From a virus (Duplodnaviria; Caudoviricetes), in IMG/VR virus record IMGVR_UViG_3300025936_000016, positions 1-64,000 of that record: a DNA stretch of 64,000 nucleotides. The stretch is one strand, 5' to 3'. Below, one piece after another: positions 25,644 through 35,332 of the stretch. The notes beneath the pieces were generated by a model that worked only from the letters and a program-made list of their open reading frames with translations, did not search any database and had not been told where the DNA came from. Position 1 is the stretch's first letter. Each line of letters opens with the position of its first letter. Both the position numbers and the translations under genes were made by a program.

Positions 25644-26111
25644 GTTGACGTCTCCACGGCTCCCTGGGGGCGGAGCATGGGGAGAGGACCCGAACAGAAT
25701 CCTCTCCCCACGGGGGCCGGCATTCGGTGCCAGGAAGGAGCGCCCAACCGACACGAACCGCCGCATCCACCACCACCGCGCGGCACCTCACTGCCCTGCA
25801 CGGGGGCACAGGGGGCCGAGGTTCTGGCGCGGAGGACATAGGGGGTGGGGCCACAGCCGACCCCGGCCGTGGCCCCACCAATGGTTCCCTCAGTCGCCCA
25901 ACCGGAGAGGGAACTGGCCGGCCGGTTATCGCCAGGACCAGGCGGAAAGGTAACACCTGGGGCGACTATGGGCTGGGCGATCTGGCGCGCTCGAAGGGCG
26001 GATGAACCCGGGGAGGAATCACCCCTTCGTGCAGCGGACCGGACCGCTTGAACTCAAGTCTAGCGTCTTGCTGGTGGTCCGTGGTGGTGGTGCCCCTGTG
26101 GAGTTGTCAAC
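25644..26111 (-). ncRNA. candidate ~470-nt structured RNA
   Basis: Ends pair (GTTGAC..CTCCAC / GTGGAG..GTCAAC); internal helix CACCACCACC/GGTGGTGGTG and several hairpins; own promoter. Confidence 0.55.
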
Positions 26112-26125
26112 CTTGCTATGGCTCT

Positions 26126-26155
26126 AGGTTAGACACCCCTACGTCCGGGTGTCAA
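26126..26155 (-). promoter_or_regulatory. promoter containing CCCGGACGTAGGGG motif
   Basis: TTGACA-18 bp-TAACCT. Confidence 0.7.
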
Positions 26156-26231
26156 GGCCGAAGTCGCTGTCGTCAGCATGGCCATGAGCGATGATCGACA
26201 AAAGTGGACATACTATCTATGATCATTTCTT

Positions 26232-27668
26232 GTGGGGCTATCTCTCCAGGATAGGGTAGCTGCGCTTCCCGCTGAGGACCGCAGAGACTGGCTCGCGGCC
26301 CAGCCCCCTTATCTGATCGACGAGATTCTGCGCGGGGAGTGGTGGTGGGTCGCGAGACCCGAGCAGGTGCCACCTCCTGGTGGTTGGTTCGTGTGCCTGG
26401 CCCTGGCCGGGCGTGGATTCGGCAAGAGCAGGGCCGGATCCGAGTGGGTCATCAACCAGGTCCTGAAGCACCCGTACGACGGACACGGTGTCCCCACCGA
26501 GTGGCTGGTGATTGCGGAGACATTGTCTGATGCCAGAACCATCTGCATGGAGGGTCCAGCTGGCATCCTCCGGGTGCTGGAGCGGCGCAAGATCAAGCAC
26601 CGCTACAAGATGAGCCCCCGGCCCATGGTCCAGTTCCCGTCCGGAGCCAAGATCTACACCGAGGGCGCCGACGACCCGGACGTGGGACGTGGATACAACG
26701 CTTCTGGTGCCTGGCTCGATGAGATTTGTAAATGGAAATATCCAAAACAATCATGGGACCAGGGCATCATGCCCTCGCTCCGGGCCGATCTCATCGGCGA
26801 CCATCCCCGGGCCTTTGTCACCACCACCCCGAAGCCAGTCGACATCATCCAGGAGTGGGTGCAGCGCGACGACGGCACCGTCCACGTCATTCGGGGCTCG
26901 ACCTTTGACAACAGCGCAAACCTGTCCCAGCTGGTCATCCAAGAACTAAGGCGCCGGTACGAAGGCACCATGATCGGGCGCCAGGAGCTGTATGGCGAGA
27001 TCATTGAGTCCTTTGACGGGGCCCTGTTCAGCCGCCTGGACATCGAGAACAACCGCCGGGACCAGATCGGCGACGACATCGTGGCCACGGTCGTCGGCGT
27101 CGACCCTTCACTCACCGGCGAGGACGACGAGATGGGCATCGTCGTTGTCTCCCGCACCCGGGACAACCACCTCTGGGTCCTGGCCGATCGGTCCATCATG
27201 GCCGTGGGTCGAGAAGCAGCCCTGGAAACATGGCGTGTGGTCGCCGAGTGGGGCGCCGACATGGTCGTCTGTGAAACGACCCTGGGTAAGCGTTGGATGC
27301 AGCAGGTGTTCAACGACGCCTATTACGAGCTTGTGGGTCAGGGCGTTTTCCCGGAGCACACCAAGCCACCGGTCACTGGTATCGACTCCAAGATTGGCAA
27401 GAAGACCCGTGGCGAACCTGTCGCTATGCGCTGTGAGCAAGGCAAGCTCCATCACGTGGGTCGGTTCCCCTTGCTGGAGGACCAGATGGCCATGTTCACG
27501 GGCTGGGGAACACGGGATTCGCCTGACCGCCTGGACGCGCTCGTCCACGCCTGTCGCTTCCTGATGGATGGGGAGAGGAAGGCGGCCCGGATCGCGAGCC
27601 CACGTGATGTTCTCTCCACCACGCTCCAGTCGCTATGGGCCGAGTCGGGCAGCTACACCTGGGGGTAA
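26232..27668 (+). CDS. terL: terminase large subunit
   Basis: AGRGFGKS Walker A, AWLDE Walker B, TTTP, GVDPS and PDRLDA nuclease motifs. Confidence 0.95.
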   Translation: MGLSLQDRVAALPAEDRRDWLAAQPPYLIDEILRGEWWWVARPEQVPPPGGWFVCLALAGRGFGKSRAGSEWVINQVLKHPYDGHGVPTEWLVIAETLSDARTICMEGPAGILRVLERRKIKHRYKMSPRPMVQFPSGAKIYTEGADDPDVGRGYNASGAWLDEICKWKYPKQSWDQGIMPSLRADLIGDHPRAFVTTTPKPVDIIQEWVQRDDGTVHVIRGSTFDNSANLSQLVIQELRRRYEGTMIGRQELYGEIIESFDGALFSRLDIENNRRDQIGDDIVATVVGVDPSLTGEDDEMGIVVVSRTRDNHLWVLADRSIMAVGREAALETWRVVAEWGADMVVCETTLGKRWMQQVFNDAYYELVGQGVFPEHTKPPVTGIDSKIGKKTRGEPVAMRCEQGKLHHVGRFPLLEDQMAMFTGWGTRDSPDRLDALVHACRFLMDGERKAARIASPRDVLSTTLQSLWAESGSYTWG

Positions 27669-27726
27669 TTCCCCTTAGCCCCGTTGAGTGGCACGATGGC
27701 ATTGTCCACGCCCTAAGGGAGTGACT

Positions 27727-28596
27727 ATGCCGTCATATATCCAGTTGGCAAGTGAGCCGGTATGGGGCTGGCAGTTCGTGCCGCCCAACCTTCAGGCCAT
27801 GATTGAGCGCGTATGTGTCTTCTACAACCTGGGGCCAACGGCGGTCGGTGCGCCTGGCGACAACAACCATCTCTATGGACGACACAGGTCGGCCAACTGG
27901 GACCGGACTTCTATCTATTGCACCAATCGCAGCTATGGCACGGTCAACGCCAAGGACAAGACTGGTGACCAGAACTGGTACCGGGCTATTGATACCGGCA
28001 TCCAGGGCCAGACCCTGATTGACGCCTCCCATCGCATGGACAACCTCGTCCGGTCAGGGGCTGCACCTGGTGTGGCGGAATGGTTTGGCACCTTCGATGG
28101 CCAGGTTGTGGTTGGTTGGTACGAGGGCCGTCCGTCCAGCTCCGATGACTCTCATCTCTACCACCTACACGCTGGGCTCTGGAATCAGTATGCCAACGAC
28201 CCGGTGACCCTGAGCCTTGTTTATGGGGCAATAACTGGAGAGGATGACGGTATGCCAACGGCCGAAGAGCTATGGAACTGGGTCCCGCCCAATGACGCGG
28301 CCAGCGGGTTTCCCAACCCCAACTATTACAAGATGTACCAGATCGTCATGGGCAACAACGCCGGCATCTACGTCACGCTCCAGAACCAGGTCGGTGGCGT
28401 TCAAACCTCAGTCAACGAGGTGTTGGCGAAGGTCAATGACGTCAGCGAAAGTCTCGACGAATGCTGTTCAGGAGAAGGTGGGGGTGCGCCTATCGGTAGC
28501 GCCGTCAACCTGACCCCACAGGCCATCAATGCTGTTGCTGAGGCAACGGCTGATGAGATTCGCCGGGACCCTGAGCGCGACGGGGACGACACCTGA
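27727..28596 (+). CDS. putative endolysin (M15/LAS-type Zn peptidase)
   Basis: GDNNH..GRH, AID, SHLYHLH metal-binding pattern; upstream of membrane-protein genes. Confidence 0.65.
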   Translation: MPSYIQLASEPVWGWQFVPPNLQAMIERVCVFYNLGPTAVGAPGDNNHLYGRHRSANWDRTSIYCTNRSYGTVNAKDKTGDQNWYRAIDTGIQGQTLIDASHRMDNLVRSGAAPGVAEWFGTFDGQVVVGWYEGRPSSSDDSHLYHLHAGLWNQYANDPVTLSLVYGAITGEDDGMPTAEELWNWVPPNDAASGFPNPNYYKMYQIVMGNNAGIYVTLQNQVGGVQTSVNEVLAKVNDVSESLDECCSGEGGGAPIGSAVNLTPQAINAVAEATADEIRRDPERDGDDT

Positions 28597-28677
28597 TCGA
28601 GGCGTCATTCACTCTCGGTTTAGTGTTCATGTTCTTTTGGTAAGGTATGAGGGCCTTGCGTATCGAAGGAGGCCCTA

Positions 28678-29157
28678 TTGAGCGTCTCTGTTCACGTCAC
28701 TATTGACGGTTGCGCCTGTGGCAAACCCCTATGTTCCCCTTCACTCATTTGGCACGTTGGGCCGCCTCTCGACACCGATGAATCGGACCGAGTCATAGGG
28801 CCCGCTCCTCAATTCAAGTGTCCGCGAAAGGTGGATCTCATCATGGATCTTCAGGCCGACAAGAAGGTGGCTCTGTCCGTGGCCTTCACGGACGAGGTCG
28901 GAAACCCCGTACCTACGCCTGATGGCGAGACGGTTGCTTACACGGTGGACGACCCCAGCATCATCAACCTGACCGACAATGGCGATGGCACGGCCGAAGC
29001 CGCTGCCACCGGTACCCTGGGCACCGCGAACGTCCACGTGGACGCCACGGGACCACTGGCCGCTACGGGCGACCTCCAGCTCGTCGTGGTGGCCGGTCTG
29101 GCCGAGCGCCTGGACGTCGTGGCCGGTCCTCCGGAGGAAGTCACTCCGGACGTCTAA
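28678..29157 (+). CDS. Ig-like domain protein
   Basis: Beta-rich FTDEVGNP...DDPSII...GTANV. Confidence 0.6.
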   Translation: MSVSVHVTIDGCACGKPLCSPSLIWHVGPPLDTDESDRVIGPAPQFKCPRKVDLIMDLQADKKVALSVAFTDEVGNPVPTPDGETVAYTVDDPSIINLTDNGDGTAEAAATGTLGTANVHVDATGPLAATGDLQLVVVAGLAERLDVVAGPPEEVTPDV

Positions 29158-29184
29158 GCTTTTCTCATCCTCGGGTAGGTAGGG

Positions 29185-29220
29185 AGAGACCCAGGTCCTG
29201 GCCGGGACCTGGGTCTTTTC
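29185..29220 (+). terminator. rho-independent terminator
   Basis: AGACCCAGGTCC/GGACCTGGGTCT followed by TTT. Confidence 0.7.
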
Positions 29221-29280
29221 CTGTGGAGCAGTGGGCCCTCAGCCTACATGGGGACGTGGGGGTTTAGCTAGACTGGAAGC

Positions 29281-29646
29281 GTGGCCAGAACCAGGATCCT
29301 GAGTGTGACCGCAGCTGACTGCGAGTTCCAAACCTTCCGGTCCGGTGGCTCCGGCGGCCAGAACCAGAACAAGCGAGACACTGGCGCCCGGTACGTTCAC
29401 CGGGCCTCAGGGGCTCGTGGCGAGGCCCGGGACGAACGCAGCCAGTGGCAGAACCGGAAGCTGGCTTGGCGGCGCATGGTGGAGTCTAAGGAGTTTCAGC
29501 TGTGGCTCCGTAGGACCCTGGGCCAGCAGGCAGCCGTTGATGCTGAGGCTGCCCGCTTCGCCGAAGTCCAGGATCAGGATGTCAAGATCGAGGTACGGGT
29601 CCATGGTCGTTGGACCCAGGCCCAGGAGTCGGACCTCAGGGCCTAG
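29281..29646 (+). CDS. GGQ-domain peptidyl-tRNA hydrolase / release-factor homolog (ArfB/PrfH-like)
   Basis: RSGGSGGQNQNK...RSQWQNRKLA. Confidence 0.88.
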   Translation: MARTRILSVTAADCEFQTFRSGGSGGQNQNKRDTGARYVHRASGARGEARDERSQWQNRKLAWRRMVESKEFQLWLRRTLGQQAAVDAEAARFAEVQDQDVKIEVRVHGRWTQAQESDLRA

Positions 29647-29906
29647 ACCGGCGTTGACCGCTTGGGAATGACGTAGACCCGCATCAGGTATGCGACACCA
29701 GCCTGGAGAACCGACTTGGCCAGAGTGAGGCCCAGGGCCTTCCAGTAGGTCGGGGTCCATTCAATGGCCCCGAACGCGGTGGACAGCACCAGAATCACGG
29801 CAACAGCAATGTCGAGTGCGAAGCCTTGGGCCAGGGATCGTAGGGAGCGCTCAGCTGCATCTGCGCGAGTTGCGACTGGTTCATCACCGAAGTGAGTCAT
29901 GATCAC
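29643..29906 (-). CDS. holin-like membrane protein
   Basis: Two TM segments; RSLRSLAQG. Confidence 0.55.
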   Translation of the reverse strand: MIMTHFGDEPVATRADAAERSLRSLAQGFALDIAVAVILVLSTAFGAIEWTPTYWKALGLTLAKSVLQAGVAYLMRVYVIPKRSTPV

Positions 29907-29959
29907 AGAGTAAAGCGAAAGGTCCTCAAACTGAAGATCTAAACGTACGATGAGGTGCT

Positions 29960-30373
29960 ATGACGAGTGCTGCTTGGCGCTGGTTCCGGGCTATTGGTTA
30001 CGCCCTCATCGGCTGTGGTGGCATAGCAGTTCTGCTCTGGCCGCCTCTCACTGCCTCCAATCCTGTGTCACCAGTCGGAGGTCCGGTTATTTTCCTCTGG
30101 GCCCTTTTGCTGGCCGTGGGCGGACTGACCTCGGCTCTGGGCTCGGCCTCAGATATCTGGCTAGGAGAGTATGCAGGCCTTTGGCCCTTGATCGTCACCT
30201 TTGCGATTTTTGGCCTGGCCAGCGTATTGAGCGGGAACCTGATCGAACTGCCACTGTCGCTTGTTCTTATCGGATGGGCATGCTTGTTAACAGCTCGGTG
30301 GCGTGAAGTGGCCACTGTTCGATCCGAGGCATTGCAATTCAGCAGGTATCAACGGAGCCGAACGGGGGGATAA
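29960..30373 (+). CDS. 4-TM membrane protein
   Basis: Four hydrophobic segments. Confidence 0.7.
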   Translation: MTSAAWRWFRAIGYALIGCGGIAVLLWPPLTASNPVSPVGGPVIFLWALLLAVGGLTSALGSASDIWLGEYAGLWPLIVTFAIFGLASVLSGNLIELPLSLVLIGWACLLTARWREVATVRSEALQFSRYQRSRTGG

Positions 30374-30376
30374 TCT

Positions 30377-30697
30377 GTGCCAACCTGGGCCACGACACTG
30401 TTGACGATCCTGCTCTCTACGGGCGGGATCGCCTTCTTCTCCATGCTCGGGCGCGGGCTCTTGGCCTGGCGCAGCGGTGCAGCGGCCCGGGAACAGGAAA
30501 CCTACAGCAACATCAGGCAGATGAGAGCAGAGCAGGCCGCTGAGTTAAGGGCGGAGTCCGCCGACCGTAGGTATTGGCAGGACGTGGCTGCCCGCTACCA
30601 CTGGCAGCTGACCTCAGCCGGCTATGAGCCCAATCCCAAGAGCCCTCTGCCTCCGAGCCAGCAGCCGGCCGTCCAGCAGGGACGTAGGCGCCCCTAG
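30377..30697 (+). CDS. membrane protein with N-terminal TM and coiled coil
   Basis: Typical lysis-cassette partner architecture. Confidence 0.65.
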   Translation: MPTWATTLLTILLSTGGIAFFSMLGRGLLAWRSGAAAREQETYSNIRQMRAEQAAELRAESADRRYWQDVAARYHWQLTSAGYEPNPKSPLPPSQQPAVQQGRRRP

Positions 30698-31215
30698 GGG
30701 CTTGGTGCGCACCAGCCAGTACCGGTGCCCGGGGGCTCCAGGAGCTGATCCAGAAGCATGGTGAAGACCCGCTGCCGATCCTCGTCGGACTGGAACCAAC
30801 CGACCAGGGGTTCGTCAGGGTAGACCACTGCCTCAGGGCGGGGACCCAGGAAGAACGTCTCTCCGTAGTCCAGGCCGGCCATGAACGCGGCCTTGTGTTC
30901 GGCCATGTTGAACTTGGGGTTAATCAAGGGCAGGTCGTCAGGGCGTACGTCGATGGGTCCCACGCATAGGCTCGCGGTGGCGCTACGAATCCGGAAGTAG
31001 AACGGCCGCCCGTCCCTGAGGTAGCCCCAGTGCTGCTCTGGGCAGGCCCCGCCGCCATAGCTGGTGAAGGTCCTGGGGTCAGCAATGGTGGGGCCACGGT
31101 CGCTCATGGCGTAGACCTCAGGCATGCTTCTGGGGAAATCTGCGGGTAGTTCCACGTAGCGGATCCCGGTGACGATCCGGGCGTGGCCGGGATATGACTC
31201 CAGCCTGAGACCCAA
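30694..31215 (-). CDS. hypothetical protein
   Basis: ACPEQHWG...FYFRIR motif; true start uncertain. Confidence 0.6.
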   Translation of the reverse strand: MGLRLESYPGHARIVTGIRYVELPADFPRSMPEVYAMSDRGPTIADPRTFTSYGGGACPEQHWGYLRDGRPFYFRIRSATASLCVGPIDVRPDDLPLINPKFNMAEHKAAFMAGLDYGETFFLGPRPEAVVYPDEPLVGWFQSDEDRQRVFTMLLDQLLEPPGTGTGWCAPSP

Positions 31216-31292
31216 CGCTCATCCGCCTAGTCCACGGTGGACAGCAGTGAGGGTGGGGGTAGCACTGGCAGGCGCTACCCCCGGTGAATCCA

Positions 31293-31670
31293 CTACCAGC
31301 CGAAGCTGATCGAACTGGCCCGGTCATTGAACAGGTCGGGCCAGCCCAGGTCGTAGATGTAGGTCGAGGGGCCCAGGGTGACGTGTCGACTGCCACTGGC
31401 GCAGCCGTAGTCGTCCCAGATCGTGATGGTGAAGTCGCGCCGGTTGTCGATGGAACTGATCTGGTTGTTCCACGTCGAGCCGATGTTCAGGCACGTCCAG
31501 ATCGGTGTGGTGTAGTAGTACATCGGATCGCCGCTCATGACGTTCCAATATGTACATAGCTGCCCGCTGCTGCAGGCAGTAGCCTGGGCCGGCGCTGCTG
31601 TCACCGCGAGCGTGCCCACGATGCCAAGCACCGTGATACCGAGCGCGGCTAGAAGCCTCTTGAACTTCAA
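31293..31670 (-). CDS. secreted peptidase-inhibitor I36 / beta-gamma-crystallin-like protein
   Basis: Signal peptide ending APAQA; CSSGQLC.YW...WNNQISS; RBS GGAGGA. Confidence 0.75.
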   Translation of the reverse strand: MKFKRLLAALGITVLGIVGTLAVTAAPAQATACSSGQLCTYWNVMSGDPMYYYTTPIWTCLNIGSTWNNQISSIDNRRDFTITIWDDYGCASGSRHVTLGPSTYIYDLGWPDLFNDRASSISFGW

Positions 31671-32107
31671 TTCATCCTCCCACCGGGTAATGGATGTTGC
31701 GAAGCCGTAGTCGGAATTGAACCGACAAGCTCGCGCTTTGCAGGCGCGGCCCTTGACCACTCGGGCATACGGCCTAGACGGCAGACGAAAAGCCAGAGAC
31801 GGCTTCTCTGGGCGTTGTCACGTCCTCAAGGAGGCGCCTGAGGGTTGCCTCCAGGGCTGGATTGCCTTTGAGCTTTTCCAAATCTTTGAAGCTGAGGCCC
31901 TTGAGGTCAACCAATGGCGTTTGATCATCGGATGGGTCAAACTCGTCAGCCATCTGGATCCCTTCCCCTTGAAGACATGTGCCCAGTTCTCCCTGGCCAA
32001 TGACGATCTCATTCAGGAGAACTGGAGCTTCCGGCCCGACGATCCTTGGCGACTTGCTAGCCAGTCACCAAGGTACTGTACCGAGGCGCCATGCCTGAGC
32101 ACCTGCG

Positions 32108-32180
32108 CGCTCGTAACTGGATTCGAACCAGCGGCCTCTGCCTTCGGAGGGCAGCGCTCTATCCGCTGAGCTATACGAGC
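32108..32180 (-). tRNA. tRNA-Arg(CCG)
   Basis: CTGCC-CTCCGAA-GGCAG. Confidence 0.9.
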
Positions 32181-32554
32181 AGGGGTGGGAACCTACGTGG
32201 TTTCCATTCTATTTCACTGGGCCTGGTGATGGGTCGCAGCTGCCGCCATATGGGTCTTGTGCCTAGGCCAATGGCCGCTAGTTCACCATTGTGGTCCAAG
32301 TCGACTTCGGGGTAGAACCCGACGACTTGATCGTCGTCGTAGAAGAAGTCAATGTCGGCAAAGATGTCGCCCTCGTTACTGGTGTTCAGGAACATGCACC
32401 TGCCAACGACGGGATTCGGGGCTGGAATGAATGGAAGATCAATGAACACTGGAATTGGTAGTCGTGACCAACGAAGAGATCTTATGTAGAAAGTCCGGTC
32501 GTCAAGAGTCGGAGTCCAGGGAAGCATGATGAGTCCGGTCCAGGTCCAGTTCAC
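32171..32554 (-). CDS. hypothetical protein
   Basis: 127 aa, RBS AAGGAG. Confidence 0.6.
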   Translation of the reverse strand: MNWTWTGLIMLPWTPTLDDRTFYIRSLRWSRLPIPVFIDLPFIPAPNPVVGRCMFLNTSNEGDIFADIDFFYDDDQVVGFYPEVDLDHNGELAAIGLGTRPIWRQLRPITRPSEIEWKPRRFPPLLV

Positions 32555-32632
32555 GATGCGCTCCTTGTCTCTATGAAGTATGGGCTAGGACGCTGCTACG
32601 TTGGGCAACACCGTTCTCCTGGTCCTAGCTTG

Positions 32633-32704
32633 TGCCAGCAGAGGGAGTCAAACCCCCAGGGGCTACTGCTTTACAGGCAGCGCTGGGCTTCGGCCCATAC
32701 TGGC
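32633..32704 (-). tRNA. atypical tRNA-Tyr(GTA)
   Basis: CTGC-CTGTAAA-GCAG; 4-nt D loop, no long variable arm. Confidence 0.7.
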
Positions 32705-32724
32705 TTGAGATGTTCCTCAACAAG

Positions 32725-32797
32725 GGTGCCTGGCGGAAGTTGAATCCGCATATACCAGAGCCACAATCTGGCGCTTTACCAATTAAGCTACAGGCAC
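32725..32797 (-). tRNA. tRNA-His(GTG)
   Basis: CCAGA-TTGTGGC-TCTGG, C73. Confidence 0.85.
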
Positions 32798-32799
32798 AG

Positions 32800-32872
32800 T
32801 ACCCGTGCTAGGACTCGAACCTAGGCCAACCGGTGTGTGGAACCGGTGCTCTTGCCACTGAGCTACACGGGC
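32800..32872 (-). tRNA. tRNA-Val(CAC)
   Basis: CCGGT-TCCACAC-ACCGG (C at position 33). Confidence 0.8.
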
Positions 32873-32912
32873 ATGTTACTTAGATCCTGGACATTCCCAA
32901 GATTCGCTACCG

Positions 32913-32987
32913 TGCGCCAGGTGGGAGTCGAACCCAACCACATTCTGCTTATAAGGCAGGCCCCACCAACCGGATGGGCTCCAGCGC
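32913..32987 (-). tRNA. tRNA-Ile(TAT)
   Basis: CTGC-CTTATAA-GCAG. Confidence 0.75.
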
Positions 32988-33058
32988 GCGAGGACACAGC
33001 CCAAAGGGGCGAACTGTGCCTCTAACTGTTTGCCGTTCTGCCGTCCCCAATTCGGCTA

Positions 33059-33424
33059 CTAGGCACTCTCGACAGCTGGCGAGATTCTATTCCGGATCCT
33101 TATTCGCCCGTCGACCCGGATGTGGTCTGTCTTCAGATGACCAGCGACAATCAGCGCTGAGTACATCTGGATCTGCTGCTGGTGCCCGTTGCGGGCTGAA
33201 ACCGCTCGTCGGTACTCGTGGTTGTTGCGCAGGACCACGTCTGCCATGTAGGTGTCGGACAGTGGGGTTGAGTCAGAGTATTCCATCCGTCCCCACTGCT
33301 GGGCGGTACCCACAGCGAGCGCAATCTGCTCCATCTCCTCGATCCGCGCCTGTAGCCGTTCGACCTGGTCGGCGTGCCACGACATCTTCTGGTAGTTGGT
33401 CTCTTGCCCCACGACCATCTGCAT
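33059..33424 (-). CDS. hypothetical protein
   Basis: MQMVVGQETN... Confidence 0.65.
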   Translation of the reverse strand: MQMVVGQETNYQKMSWHADQVERLQARIEEMEQIALAVGTAQQWGRMEYSDSTPLSDTYMADVVLRNNHEYRRAVSARNGHQQQIQMYSALIVAGHLKTDHIRVDGRIRIRNRISPAVESA

Positions 33425-33431
33425 CGTTTTC

Positions 33432-33836
33432 TTACTCCGGGGAGTCGTTGCTTGTCCGCTCAGGACCACAGGCGTCGAACAGGGGCTTCAGATTCTCCGG
33501 CAGTGTCATCCTGGGCATGGGCCTCAGGCCACGCTGCCGGGCACAGAACAGGAGCGGCCCCATCCACTCGTCAGCGTCGGGGTCAATGGCCTGGACGTCG
33601 GCGATGGCCTGTTCCAGGTCCTGTGCGTTCTCGCTCGTGACCTCTTCCATGTCCGCCGTGGCCCAGGTGAAGGTGTCGTTGCACATGATGTAGAACCTGA
33701 TGAACGGTCCATAGTCATGTTCCGTCTGCCACCACAGCATGTCACGGCAGTCCAGGCCAGCGAACAGGCCCAGGATCCAGGTCATGAAGTTTTCGTTGTC
33801 GGTGACGATGTTGTCGAGTTCAACACTCTTAGTCAT
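33432..33836 (-). CDS. hypothetical protein
   Basis: MTKSVELDN...CNDTFTWATAD..., RBS GAAAGGA. Confidence 0.75.
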   Translation of the reverse strand: MTKSVELDNIVTDNENFMTWILGLFAGLDCRDMLWWQTEHDYGPFIRFYIMCNDTFTWATADMEEVTSENAQDLEQAIADVQAIDPDADEWMGPLLFCARQRGLRPMPRMTLPENLKPLFDACGPERTSNDSPE

Positions 33837-33863
33837 CGACGGGTCCTTTCTCGCTGGGTATTG

Positions 33864-33936
33864 CTCCCTCGACTGGGTTCGAACCAATAGCCTTGCGGTT
33901 AACAGCCGCCTGCTCCACCAATTGAGCTACGAGGGA
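33864..33936 (-). tRNA. tRNA-Asn(GTT)
   Basis: GCGG-CTGTTAA-CCGC. Confidence 0.9.
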
Positions 33937-34118
33937 ATGAACCTGGCCATTGACTTATTCGAATTCTGTGCGGCAGTATCCGCTTCCGTGGAATGGCCAG
34001 GTGGGCACTGGCTTCAATGAGACCATGCTTCCGCGCACGGGTGAATCACCATGTTGCTGCATCCGCCAGTACCCATTCGCATGCAGCTAGGGTCATCACT
34101 AGTCCCATTGACAACTTT

Positions 34119-34670
34119 TCAGCTCTTCGGCGTCAGCCACCAGAAACCGTCGCCGTAACAGCCGCGCATCGTGACGTACACCCCGGCGTTCGAGTTAACG
34201 CTGTCGATGCACCAGCCCGAGGCTGGGACATTCCGCTGGGCTGTGTACATGTTCATCAGGTTCCTGAGGCTGTGGTCCACTTCGCTCGGGAACCCGAGGT
34301 ACCAGACGAACCGGTACGACCCGTAGTCACAGGGCCACAGGACCACCGTCGAGCCGAACAAGTCAGCGTTCCCGGGCACCAGGCAGTACGAAGTGCCTTC
34401 GAGACGGACGAAGTACTGATACGCGCCGGTACCCGAGTCGTCGAAGATGAAGTGTTCGTTGTGGGAAGCCGGACCGCCGCAGTAGTTCAGGATCAACTGC
34501 TGGTTAAGGTTGCTGGTAGGTGCCTCCAAGCAGAGCCCGGACCGGCCATGCTTCAATTCGTATGGCCCATAGCTTGCGGCGGATGCTGGGCTTGCCAGTG
34601 CGACCGCACCGACGACCCCCAGTAGTGCTGTGGTGAGGACTGCCCCCACCCTTGTGCGGACCTTCATCAA
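34119..34670 (-). CDS. secreted ricin-B (beta-trefoil) lectin
   Basis: Signal peptide ending PASA; SGLCLE, CLVPG, WPCD, WCID repeats. Confidence 0.8.
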   Translation of the reverse strand: MMKVRTRVGAVLTTALLGVVGAVALASPASAASYGPYELKHGRSGLCLEAPTSNLNQQLILNYCGGPASHNEHFIFDDSGTGAYQYFVRLEGTSYCLVPGNADLFGSTVVLWPCDYGSYRFVWYLGFPSEVDHSLRNLMNMYTAQRNVPASGWCIDSVNSNAGVYVTMRGCYGDGFWWLTPKS

Positions 34671-34704
34671 GTTCTCCGTCCTACTGGTAGTGAGGGTTGT
34701 ACCG

Positions 34705-34779
34705 TAACGCGGACGGGATTTGAACCCGCAAATGTCCTGGGTGAAAGCCAGGCGGCTCTACCAATTCGCCCACCGCGTC
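34705..34779 (-). tRNA. tRNA-Glu(TTC)
   Basis: CCTGG-CTTTCAC-CCAGG. Confidence 0.88.
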
Positions 34780-34844
34780 GCGACGTAGACCAGGGAGGTT
34801 GGGCTTTGGAGAGTGCACGAGCCGTGGCCCTGGTACCACGTGCG

Positions 34845-34918
34845 TGTCCACGCCAGGATTTGAACCTGGGGCCGCCTGCGTGTCATGCAGGTGCTCTTCC
34901 GGGCTGAGCTACGCGGAC
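34845..34918 (-). tRNA. tRNA-Val(GAC)
   Basis: CCTGC-ATGACAC-GCAGG. Confidence 0.88.
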
Positions 34919-34977
34919 AGGGACCTAAGGGCGAGTTCAGGATGGGAATAGTGCCACGTTCGGCCCTTAGGGTTAAG

Positions 34978-35053
34978 TGGCGGTGCCCGGATTTGAACCG
35001 GGGATCTCTGGGTTATGAGCCCAGCGGGAACAGCCGAACTTCCCTACACCGCG
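34978..35053 (-). tRNA. initiator tRNA-fMet(CAT)
   Basis: CTGGG-CTCATAA-CCCAG; unpaired C1. Confidence 0.88.
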
Positions 35054-35079
35054 TCGAGGTACTGGTATCAGTGTACCAG

Positions 35080-35154
35080 TGATCCGGGTCGGATTCGAAC
35101 CGACGAACACACTGATTAAAAGTCAGGGCCTATGGACCGCTCAGGCACCGGATC
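35080..35154 (-). tRNA. tRNA-Lys(TTT)
   Basis: CTGA-CTTTTAA-TCAG. Confidence 0.85.
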
Positions 35155-35261
35155 AGCGACATGCTAGGTACGTTGCCCTTTCTCAGCTAACTGAAGGATT
35201 GTCGCACCGCGTCCGTGTGGACGTTCCCAAGGCTGACTCATGCGCATGTCAGGCACGATCG

Positions 35262-35332
35262 CGCCCCTCCCGGGAGTCGAACCCGGCGACGCTGGGCTTA
35301 GAAGGCCCGGCTGTACTTCCGGTACGAGAGGC
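35262..35332 (-). tRNA. tRNA-Arg(TCT), atypical D arm
   Basis: GGGC-CTTCTAA-GCCC. Confidence 0.75.

Noticed and set aside
33000-33066. Additional tRNA (D-arm-like TAGCCGAATTGGGGACGGC)
   Set aside because: No proper anticodon or T arm; at most a fragment
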